DNA of 13,012 nt, from the IMG/VR virus record IMGVR_UViG_2667527633_000002, one strand, 5' to 3'. The DNA comes from a virus. Taxonomy: Duplodnaviria; Heunggongvirae; Uroviricota; Caudoviricetes. Below are positions 7,423 through 13,012 of this stretch, one piece after another. The notes under the pieces were generated by a model that did not search any database, was not told the DNA's origin, and worked only from the letters and a program-made list of their open reading frames with translations. The position numbers and the translations under genes are program-made. The stretch's first letter is position 1. Each line of letters starts with the position of its first letter.

Positions 7423-8499
7423 GTGAGTATGGCTAACGCCTGGCTCAGATTATGGCATGACATGCCAAATGACCCTAAGTGGCGAACAATTGCCAGGGTG
7501 TCAGGGCAGCCAATTGCAACAGTGATGGCAGTGTATATCCACCTCCTGGTGAGCGCGTCACGAAATGTCACGCGAGGTCACATTGATGTCACGACAGAAG
7601 ATTTGGCAAGTGCGCTCGACGTGACAGAAGAGGTAATTGATTCAATTTTGCAGACGATGCAGGGGCGGGTACTTGATGGTGATTTAATCACTGGATGGGA
7701 AAAACGCCAGGTGCTGAAAGAGGACAACGGCAATATTTCGCAAACCGCAAAATCTCCGGCAGAGCGCAAGAGGGCGCAGCGAGAGAGGGAAAGAAAGCGG
7801 GAACAAAATGGCGATTGTCACGGCGCGTCACGAAATGTCACGCACATGTCACGACGAGTCACGACAGATAAAGATACAGATAAAGATACAGATCAAGAAG
7901 ATCAAAACACTATGGTCCATGGCGTAAAAAACGCCACGAACCAGGCAGGGGATGTTCAGACCGTCAATCCTGGTCAGCCAGCAGGCACGACACCGGAAGC
8001 CGATTCAGCGTATGCGCTGAAAGCCGATTCGGGCGCTGTGCAGCAGGTGATGACCCCAAGGCCGGAGCAATCACACCAACTGCAGCAGCCTGAAGCCGAT
8101 TCCGCCATTCAGCGGGAAGCCGATCGGGTAGTCCCGGAAAACACCGGGCTGTCTGTGGGACGAGTGGATTATCCGGATGTGTTCGAACAGGTCTGGCGGG
8201 AGTACCCGTTGCGTGCCGGAGCAAACCCGAAGAAATCCGCTTTCAGTGCCTGGAAGGCCAGATTACGCGAGGGGGTGCCACCAGAGGCCATGCTGGATGG
8301 CGTGAGGCGTTACGCAAGATACTTGGCGGCTACCGGGAAAACGGGAACGGAATTTGTTCAGCGAGCGACGACGTTTTTTGGACCGGACCGGAATTTTGAG
8401 AACCCCTGGTTGCTCCCGGTAAGCGGCACGAACAACCAGCGTTGTGTGAATCATATTTCTGAACCGGATACCGAAATTCCACCGGGCTTCAGGGGGTAA
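7423..8499 (+). CDS. Phage replication initiator / replisome organiser (iteron-binding, conserved phage C-terminal domain)
   Basis: 358 aa with a GAGGTGA Shine-Dalgarno. The C-terminal segment YPLRAGANPKKSAFSAWKARLREGVPPEAMLDGVRRYARYL is typical of phage replication proteins. Two iteron clusters lie inside the gene. Confidence 0.8.
   Translation: MSMANAWLRLWHDMPNDPKWRTIARVSGQPIATVMAVYIHLLVSASRNVTRGHIDVTTEDLASALDVTEEVIDSILQTMQGRVLDGDLITGWEKRQVLKEDNGNISQTAKSPAERKRAQRERERKREQNGDCHGASRNVTHMSRRVTTDKDTDKDTDQEDQNTMVHGVKNATNQAGDVQTVNPGQPAGTTPEADSAYALKADSGAVQQVMTPRPEQSHQLQQPEADSAIQREADRVVPENTGLSVGRVDYPDVFEQVWREYPLRAGANPKKSAFSAWKARLREGVPPEAMLDGVRRYARYLAATGKTGTEFVQRATTFFGPDRNFENPWLLPVSGTNNQRCVNHISEPDTEIPPGFRG
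7557..7593. repeat. Iteron cluster 1: four GTCAC(G/A) hexamers phased at 10-11 bp
   Basis: Hexamers start at 7557, 7567, 7577 and 7588. Confidence 0.7.
7817..7863. repeat. Iteron cluster 2: five GTCACG hexamers phased at 10-11 bp (putative origin core)
   Basis: Hexamers start at 7817, 7827, 7837, 7848 and 7858. The 19-mer GCGTCACGAAATGTCACGC is shared with cluster 1. Confidence 0.7.
7865..7900. repeat. AT-rich tandem repeat adjoining the iterons (2 x CAGATAAAGATA plus a diverged third copy with two GATC sites)
   Basis: Perfect 12-bp copies at 7865-7876 and 7877-7888, then CAGATCAAGAAG. Encodes DKDTDKDTDQED in the initiator. Resembles the iteron plus AT-rich layout of lambda ori inside gene O. 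Confidence 0.6.
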
Positions 8500-8539
8500 G
8501 TGTTGATTTCTGGTCATGAGGTAATTTTCAGGAGGGCTT

Positions 8540-8962
8540 GTGGCAAAAGTTTTTACACAAGAAGAGCGAGAAAAAATTAAAGGGCAGGTTGTTGAACTCG
8601 TACGCCAGAGTGGGCGTGAGACGTTACGGCAACTGGAAGTCAAGACAGGTGCGACAAGATATCTGATGAGCGTTCTCGCAAGAGAGCTGGTTGCCAGCGG
8701 CGATGTATACAACTCCGGCTACGGGTTATTCCCCTCTGAACAGGCGCGTAAGGACTGGCAAAACGCCCGCAAAAAACTCTCGAGGGCAAAGGTGAAGAAA
8801 CCTGCTGTGGTTGATCCGGACCTTATCTGGTCATCACCTGACGGAGAAATACGTCGCTACGACAGTCGCCTAAACATAATCTGTCGCGAGTGCCGGAAGA
8901 GTGAAGCTATGCAGCGTGTACTGGCTTTCTATCAGGGTAATTTTCAGGAGGCGGTACTGTGA
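8540..8962 (+). CDS. Hypothetical protein (140 aa), GTG start
   Basis: AGGAGG lies 4 nt upstream of the GTG. Basic protein with no family I recognise. Confidence 0.55.
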   Translation: MAKVFTQEEREKIKGQVVELVRQSGRETLRQLEVKTGATRYLMSVLARELVASGDVYNSGYGLFPSEQARKDWQNARKKLSRAKVKKPAVVDPDLIWSSPDGEIRRYDSRLNIICRECRKSEAMQRVLAFYQGNFQEAVL

Positions 8963-9019
8963 GTGAAATTAGCTATCAGGCTTCAATTACCGCTGGCATT
9001 CGCATCAAAGGAGAGGAGC

Positions 9020-9376
9020 ATGGAAATAAAACCAGAGGATGAGTTAAGCAATATCGTTTTATTTCCGGTAAAAGAGGATGACCCTCGTAATCAGGTTAAT
9101 TTTCTTTATGAGCCATCGGAAAGACCATATTGTCATCACGCCTCTGTCCGGGTTGACGAAAAAGAGCGTCAGGTCCGCTGTAAAATCTGCGGTGCAGTTG
9201 TGGAGCCATTTGACTGGATGCTCTCTGTGGCGAAAAGAGAAACCAGACTGGCAGATGATGTAAGGCTCTTGCGTCAGGAGGAGCGGGAAAGGCGAAAAAA
9301 TATAGAAAAGCTAATTCAGATTGAGCGTAACGCGAAAGCGCGGATACGCAGGGCGACAAAATCCAGAACTGAATAA
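9020..9376 (+). CDS. Hypothetical protein with putative zinc-ribbon (C-H-H ... C-x-x-C) and basic coiled-coil tail
   Basis: ATG at 9020 has AAGGAGAGGAG just upstream. An alternative GTG start at 8963 lies downstream of the second copy of the repeated 16-bp initiation box. Motif YCHHASVRVDEKERQVRCKICG. Confidence 0.5.
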   Translation: MEIKPEDELSNIVLFPVKEDDPRNQVNFLYEPSERPYCHHASVRVDEKERQVRCKICGAVVEPFDWMLSVAKRETRLADDVRLLRQEERERRKNIEKLIQIERNAKARIRRATKSRTE

Positions 9377-9446
9377 TTAAATTTAGCTCTGTTAAAAATT
9401 TAATCCTTAACCGGAGGGATTTCTGCACCCTCAGAACATCAGGAGG

Positions 9447-9462
9447 CCGCCCGAAAGGGCGG
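9447..9462 (+). promoter_or_regulatory. Perfect 6-bp stem with GAAA tetraloop between an AGGAGG Shine-Dalgarno and the ATG at 9470
   Basis: CCGCCC-GAAA-GGGCGG. AGGAGG is at 9441-9446. No U-tract follows, so it is not a classic intrinsic terminator. Confidence 0.4.
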
Positions 9463-9469
9463 TAGTTAA

Positions 9470-9652
9470 ATGCGAAAGTTTAAAATAATTATTGAAACGG
9501 GAATAGCCGGTGGAGATTTCGAGGATGAATTCGAAGTGGATGATGATGCGACGCCTGATGAAATACATGACGAAGCAAAAGATATTTTCTTTAACTACTG
9601 CAATTACTCATATCACGAAATAAAAGACGAAGAGGAAGAACAAAATGGCTGA
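9470..9652 (+). CDS. Small highly acidic protein (60 aa)
   Basis: MRKFKIIIETGIAGGDFEDEFEVDDDATPDEIHDEAKDIFFNYCNYSYHEIKDEEEEQNG: about 20 D/E against 5 K/R. Confidence 0.5.
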   Translation: MRKFKIIIETGIAGGDFEDEFEVDDDATPDEIHDEAKDIFFNYCNYSYHEIKDEEEEQNG

Positions 9653-9821
9653 TTTTGGTTCAACTAAATACAACGTCAGTTTTGAAGAATGGCATGAACT
9701 GTTAATGGACTATGCAGAGTTACGTGGTGGCAGTGCTGCTGATGCTGAAGCATGGCGTGATGATTATGAAGCAGGAAAAACTCCGGTCGAAGCATATTGT
9801 GATGAGTGGGGCGATGAATGA
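9645..9821 (+). CDS. Small acidic protein (58 aa), not in the supplied ORF track
   Basis: Hand translation gives MADFGSTKYNVSFEEWHELLMDYAELRGGSAADAEAWRDDYEAGKTPVEAYCDEWGDE. The ATG overlaps the previous gene's end (ATGGCTGA), with a GAGGA Shine-Dalgarno 9 nt upstream. Its stop overlaps the next start (ATGA). Confidence 0.45.
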   Translation: MADFGSTKYNVSFEEWHELLMDYAELRGGSAADAEAWRDDYEAGKTPVEAYCDEWGDE

Positions 9822-10134
9822 GCGAGGTTAATTATCAGGAAGGGCATGAAACGGCGGGGCAAGCAAAAACAGTGGCATGGCGATATCGCTACGTGAAAAA
9901 AAAGGCGTTACGGACTTTCAGGGGAAGTAGTGGTCTGGTGACTGGAAATATGTACCGAAAAAAGAGGATTGTAACGACAGGCCGAACTATGAAATTCAGG
10001 CCTTATTCACTGCCCCGCCAGTCCCGGTTACATCAGAAGAACTGGTTAAAGCTGTGCACTTTTATGAACAACTAAAACGCGAAAATCCACCAGCATCCGG
10101 AAACCTGATTACAGATTCCCAGATAAGGCAATGA
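9818..10134 (+). CDS. Hypothetical gene that changes frame at an A_AAA_AAG heptamer (candidate programmed -1 frameshift, pseudogene or homopolymer error)
   Basis: The ATG-initiated frame (9818-10075) turns arginine-rich and unprotein-like after about codon 49. The -1 frame is open from 9931 to 10134, is protein-like (EDCNDRPNYEIQALFTAPPVPVTSEELVKAVHFYEQLKRENPPASGNLITDSQIRQ) and has no start codon of its own. The slippery heptamer A_AAA_AAG sits at 9958-9964 in the zero frame. Confidence 0.4.
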
Positions 10135-10229
10135 GCTACCTGGCGCAGAACGGGCTGATAAGTATGGGGAATGTTTTACGATGAATATTTAGACTAAAGA
10201 GTTTGTAACGCTATGTAAGTGATTTTTTC

Positions 10230-10258
10230 TGGTTTAGATATTTATATGTCCGGCCAAA
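10230..10258. repeat. Imperfect direct repeat R1 (partner at 10501-10535) flanking the small membrane-protein gene
   Basis: TGGTTTAGATATTTATATGTCCGGCCAAA versus TGGTTTAGTTGGATATTTACTGTGCCGGACAAAAA. Confidence 0.4.
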
Positions 10259-10304
10259 TTGAGGTGTGTTTAAATGTAATTGCACATTGATTGTAGGAGG
10301 AATA

Positions 10305-10484
10305 ATGAAAAACGCATTGCAGTTTTTGTTTGTTGCGTTCTGGTTGTTCGTATCATGTATGCCCATCATCTTCACAGCAAGGTATATGGAAAAAGTTGAT
10401 GTTTTGATATTAATATTTGGATATATAAATGCCCTTTTTTTAGGGGTGTTCATGGCGGTCATGTGCATTGAATACTGGCGGTAA
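10305..10484 (+). CDS. Small hydrophobic membrane protein (59 aa, two predicted TM helices) in an AT-rich island
   Basis: AGGAGG lies 4 nt upstream of the ATG. MKNALQFLFVAFWLFVSCMPIIFTARYMEKVDVLILIFGYINALFLGVFMAVMCIEYWR. By eye the surrounding 10140-10500 is much more AT-rich than its flanks. Confidence 0.55.
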   Translation: MKNALQFLFVAFWLFVSCMPIIFTARYMEKVDVLILIFGYINALFLGVFMAVMCIEYWR

Positions 10485-10500
10485 ATACAGCGAACGCCAT

Positions 10501-10535
10501 TGGTTTAGTTGGATATTTACTGTGCCGGACAAAAA
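10501..10535. repeat. Imperfect direct repeat R2 (partner of 10230-10258)
   Basis: See R1. Overlaps the region where a hok promoter would be expected; a TAGAAT hexamer lies at about 10554-10559. Confidence 0.4.
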
Positions 10536-10742
10536 CGGTTTGCGGGGAAATCTTAGTTAAGTAGAATGACTGCGGGTGCTTGAGGCTATCTGTCTCAGGC
10601 ATGAACACCAAAAGGCAGATAGAGAAAAGCCCCAGTTAACATTACGCGTCCTGCAAGACGCTTAACATTAATCTGAGGCCATATCTATGCGACACATAGA
10701 GATTAGCCTCTTACGGACCGAAAGGTCAAGGAGAAGCAGGCT

Positions 10743-10898
10743 ATGAAGCAGCAAAAGGCGATGTTAATCGCCCTGATCGTCATCTGTTTAACCGTCATAG
10801 TGACGGCACTGGTAACGAGGAAAGACCTCTGCGAGGTACGAATCCGAACCGGCCAGACGGAGGTCGCTGTCTTCACAGCTTACGAACCTGAGGAGTAA
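10743..10898 (+). CDS. hokD: Hok-family type I toxin (HokD/RelF-like, 51 aa)
   Basis: MKQQKAMLIALIVICLTVIVTALVTRKDLCEVRIRTGQTEVAVFTAYEPEE matches HokD as I recall it. Below the ORF-track cut-off. AAGGAGAAG lies upstream. Confidence 0.85.
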   Translation: MKQQKAMLIALIVICLTVIVTALVTRKDLCEVRIRTGQTEVAVFTAYEPEE

Positions 10899-10966
10899 GA
10901 GACCTGGCGGGGGAGAAATCCCTCGCCACCTCTGATGTGTCAGGCATCCTCAACGCACCCGCACGT

Positions 10967-10995
10967 AACCCGCTTCGGCGGGTTTTGTTTTTTCC
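10967..10995 (+). terminator. Intrinsic terminator downstream of hok
   Basis: AACCCGC-TTCG-GCGGGTT: 7-bp stem with a UUCG tetraloop, followed by TTGTTTTTT. Confidence 0.6.
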
Positions 10996-11065
10996 TGGCA
11001 TTCTGGTTTACAATTCGCACGCCAGCCTGAACAACTGGCACCTGCTGCGCCAGCAGAGACAACCG

Positions 11066-11344
11066 ATGGCGCACGATACCAAATTACACAATTCTAATGA
11101 TTCTGCCGTCTTTGCCAGTAGGTGCGGACGGCGTTTTCACGCATTCAAATCAGACTGGTTCCAGCATCCTCCATGCACTGAAGAGCAGGCGGAATGGATA
11201 ATTCAGTGTTACCGCAGGCGCGGATACGAGGTTAAGAAAGCTCTTAGCCTCGACTACCGTCACTGGATAATCTCAGTCAGACTCCCTTACTCCGAACGCC
11301 CACCGCGTTCATCCCGCACATACCAGCAACGGATCTGGAGGTAA
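11066..11344 (+). CDS. Hypothetical protein (92 aa), at the position of rem in Qin
   Basis: The track ORF from 10937 would span the hok terminator, so the internal ATG at 11066 is preferred. Its Shine-Dalgarno is weak. Basic, Cys-containing protein. Confidence 0.4.
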   Translation: MAHDTKLHNSNDSAVFASRCGRRFHAFKSDWFQHPPCTEEQAEWIIQCYRRRGYEVKKALSLDYRHWIISVRLPYSERPPRSSRTYQQRIWR

Positions 11345-11345
11345 C

Positions 11346-12395
11346 GTGCGGGTATTACTTCGACCTGTTCTGGTACCGGAACTCGGGGTGGTGATCGTTA
11401 AGCCGGGCCGTGAATCCATGCCGGTATTCCACAATACCCGGGTACTGGTGGAGCCGGAACCGAAAAGCATGCGTAATCTGCCGTCCGGGGTCGTTCCTGC
11501 CGTTCGCCAGCCGCTGGTGGAAGACAAAACATTGCTGCCGTTTTTCAGTAACGCACGGGTGATTCGTGCTGCTGGTGGTGCTGGTGCATTGTCTGACTGG
11601 CTGTTGCGCCATATTAAATCCTGCCAGTGGCCACACGGCGATTATCACCACAGTGAAACCGTCATTCACCGTTATGGTACCGGCGCAATGGTGTTGTGCT
11701 GGCACTGCGACAACCAGCTGCGTGACCAGACATCCGAATCACTCGAGCAACTTGCTCATCAAAACCTGTCAGCATGGATGATTGACGTCATCGGTCACGC
11801 AATAAGCGGTACGCAGGAGCGTGAATTATCTCTGGCTGAATTATCCTGGTGGGCGGTCCGAAATCAGGTGGCGGATGCGCTACCTGAAGCGGTATTACGT
11901 CGCTCGCTGGGATTACCAGCGGAAAAAATCCGCTCAATGTACCGCGAAAGCGACATCGTACCGGGAGAGCAGACCGCCACCAGCATATTGAAACAGCGCA
12001 CAAAAAATCTTGCACTGTTGCCTCACGCCCACCAGGAACAACACCCACTACAGGAAAGGACGGTGGTAAGCATCACCGTTGATCCTGAGTCTCCGGAATC
12101 TTTCATGAAGCTACCTAAACGTCGCCGCTGGGTTAAGGAGAAATACACTCGCTGGGTGAAGACACAGCCGTGTGCTTGCTGCGGTATGCCAGCCGACGAT
12201 CCGCATCATCTGATTGGTCACGGGCAGGGCGGAATGGGAACCAAAGCACATGATCTTTTTGTGTTGCCTTTATGCAGAAAGCATCACGACGAACTGCATA
12301 CGGATACCGTGGCATTTGAAGAGAAGTATGGCTCCCAACTGGAGCTGATTTTTCGATTTATCGATCACGCGCTGGCAATTGGTGTGCTGGCCTAA
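11346..12395 (+). CDS. ydfU: DUF968 / YdfU-like prophage protein with C-terminal HNH-like Cys/His motif
   Basis: 349 aa, GTG start with GGAGG 4 nt upstream. C-terminal CACCGMPADDPHHLIGHG...LCRKHHDELH. Order hok, rem-like, ydfU-like, Q matches Qin. Confidence 0.75.
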   Translation: MRVLLRPVLVPELGVVIVKPGRESMPVFHNTRVLVEPEPKSMRNLPSGVVPAVRQPLVEDKTLLPFFSNARVIRAAGGAGALSDWLLRHIKSCQWPHGDYHHSETVIHRYGTGAMVLCWHCDNQLRDQTSESLEQLAHQNLSAWMIDVIGHAISGTQERELSLAELSWWAVRNQVADALPEAVLRRSLGLPAEKIRSMYRESDIVPGEQTATSILKQRTKNLALLPHAHQEQHPLQERTVVSITVDPESPESFMKLPKRRRWVKEKYTRWVKTQPCACCGMPADDPHHLIGHGQGGMGTKAHDLFVLPLCRKHHDELHTDTVAFEEKYGSQLELIFRFIDHALAIGVLA

Positions 12396-12412
12396 TTTTG
12401 TGGAGTAAGTTG

Positions 12413-12469
12413 ATGCGTGATATTCAGATGGTTCTTGAGCGTTGGGGAGCGTGGGCGGCNNNNNNNNNN
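12413..12469 (+). CDS. Late-gene antiterminator Q (Quu-type), N-terminal fragment cut by the assembly gap
   Basis: MRDIQMVLERWGAWA matches the N-terminus of E. coli prophage Q/Quu proteins as I recall it. GGAG lies 7 nt upstream. Reading frame runs into the N run at 12470. Confidence 0.6.
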
Positions 12470-12479
12470 AATTTTTGTC
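12470..12479. other. Assembly gap (10 N)
   Basis: Run of ten n characters. The sequences either side need not be contiguous in the genome. Confidence 0.99.
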
Positions 12480-12547
12480 TGCAAAATACTACTGTATTCA
12501 GGAGTAAATGGACGGCGATGTATCATCACCGTCCAATTTTCGACATA

Positions 12548-13012
12548 CTAGATTCGTCTCGCCTGCCAGAAATTTTTCTGCCAATAGACATTATCAAGTG
12601 AGGAACGCATCACTCCCTTGCTGGTAGAGGCGTGGATAAATTGGTTGTTGGTATCGTAAATACCTACATGCAAACCATTTTGTCCGGAACCCGTTTTGAA
12701 AAAGACCAGGTCACCAGGCAGCAACTCGTCTTTATCAATTTGCGTGCCGATAGAGGCTTGTTGTTTGGTTTCTCGGGGCAGTTGCAAATCAAAACGATCG
12801 CGCATCGTCACAACCACAAATCCCGAACAGTCCACACCGCGCCGCGTCATGCCACCATAACGATACGGCGTGCCATGCCAGCTTTGTAGCTGGTCGTTCA
12901 AACCGGCAATAACGGTAATCGAATCAGAAAGTCTGGCATTTGGCGGCGGTGCTTTATGGTGGCTACACCCGGCCAGAAGCAGTGCTGTGATCAAAATAAG
13001 GCAGAAACGCAT
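12548..13012 (-). CDS. nlpC: NlpC/P60-family lipoprotein (peptidoglycan endopeptidase)
   Basis: 154 aa with a lipoprotein signal and lipobox (LLAGC), catalytic Cys in DCSGFV and His in GLHVGIY. Matches E. coli NlpC as I recall it. The start codon is at the window edge. Confidence 0.85.
   Translation of the reverse strand: MRFCLILITALLLAGCSHHKAPPPNARLSDSITVIAGLNDQLQSWHGTPYRYGGMTRRGVDCSGFVVVTMRDRFDLQLPRETKQQASIGTQIDKDELLPGDLVFFKTGSGQNGLHVGIYDTNNQFIHASTSKGVMRSSLDNVYWQKNFWQARRI

Noticed and set aside
7557-7863. Possibility that the phased short repeats are a CRISPR array
   Set aside because: Repeat units are only 6 bp with 4-5-bp spacers, phased at one helical turn and inside a replication gene. 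That is characteristic of iterons, not CRISPR repeats of 28-37 bp with unique spacers.
6913-8712. Minus-strand ORFs inside the YdaT-like and replication genes (6913-7128, 7014-7295, 7305-7571, 7578-7769, 7964-8224, 8263-8712)
   Set aside because: Antisense to well-supported CDSs, no ribosome-binding sites, and biased Pro/Arg/Ser composition.
10211-10468. 85-aa minus-strand ORF in the AT-rich island
   Set aside because: Antisense to the strongly initiated small membrane-protein gene. AT-rich DNA produces long spurious ORFs. No ribosome-binding site.
10700-10886. Open frame overlapping hok that could be mok
   Set aside because: It contains no ATG, GTG or TTG, so it is not called as a gene. 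Discussed as a finding instead.
7193-11577. Three Chi sequences GCTGGTGG on the plus strand (about 7193, 11512, 11570)
   Set aside because: Chi is common in E. coli DNA and three copies in 13 kb is not clearly enriched. Noted but not treated as a feature.
11309-12315. Minus-strand ORFs (11309-11527, 11355-11705, 11788-12048, 12133-12315) and plus-strand 11566-11781 within the DUF968 gene
   Set aside because: Overlapped by the 349-aa CDS with its conserved Cys/His motif. No independent support.
12398-12412. TTG start at 12398 extending the Q fragment (MWSKL...)
   Set aside because: The ATG at 12413 has a properly spaced GGAG and gives the N-terminus I recognise for Q-type proteins.
12632-12889. 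85-aa plus-strand ORF inside nlpC
   Set aside because: Antisense to the NlpC/P60 lipoprotein gene.

Overview
This window reads as the integrase-proximal arm of a lambdoid prophage of the E. coli Qin/dicB type, interrupted near its right end by a 10-N assembly gap and followed by chromosomal nlpC. On the minus strand, from the immunity region leftward, lie a cI-like repressor (HTH plus S24 autopeptidase), ydfA, ydfB, ydfC, the DicF sRNA, dicB, ydfD, a large exonuclease with a C-terminal DEDDh domain, an excisionase-like gene and a tyrosine integrase. On the plus strand lie a Cro-like gene, a YdaT-like gene, a replication initiator carrying two phased GTCACG iteron clusters plus an AT-rich tandem repeat, five small tightly packed uncharacterised genes, an AT-rich island encoding a small membrane protein, a hokD-like toxin gene with terminator, a DUF968/HNH-like protein and the first 19 codons of a Q-type antiterminator. 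All family names and gene symbols come from my recollection of protein and RNA sequences, not from a search. The main candidates for something undescribed are the small-gene cluster at 8540-10134 (two strongly acidic mini-proteins and a gene that changes frame at an A_AAA_AAG heptamer) and the AT-rich membrane-protein island beside an orphan hok.
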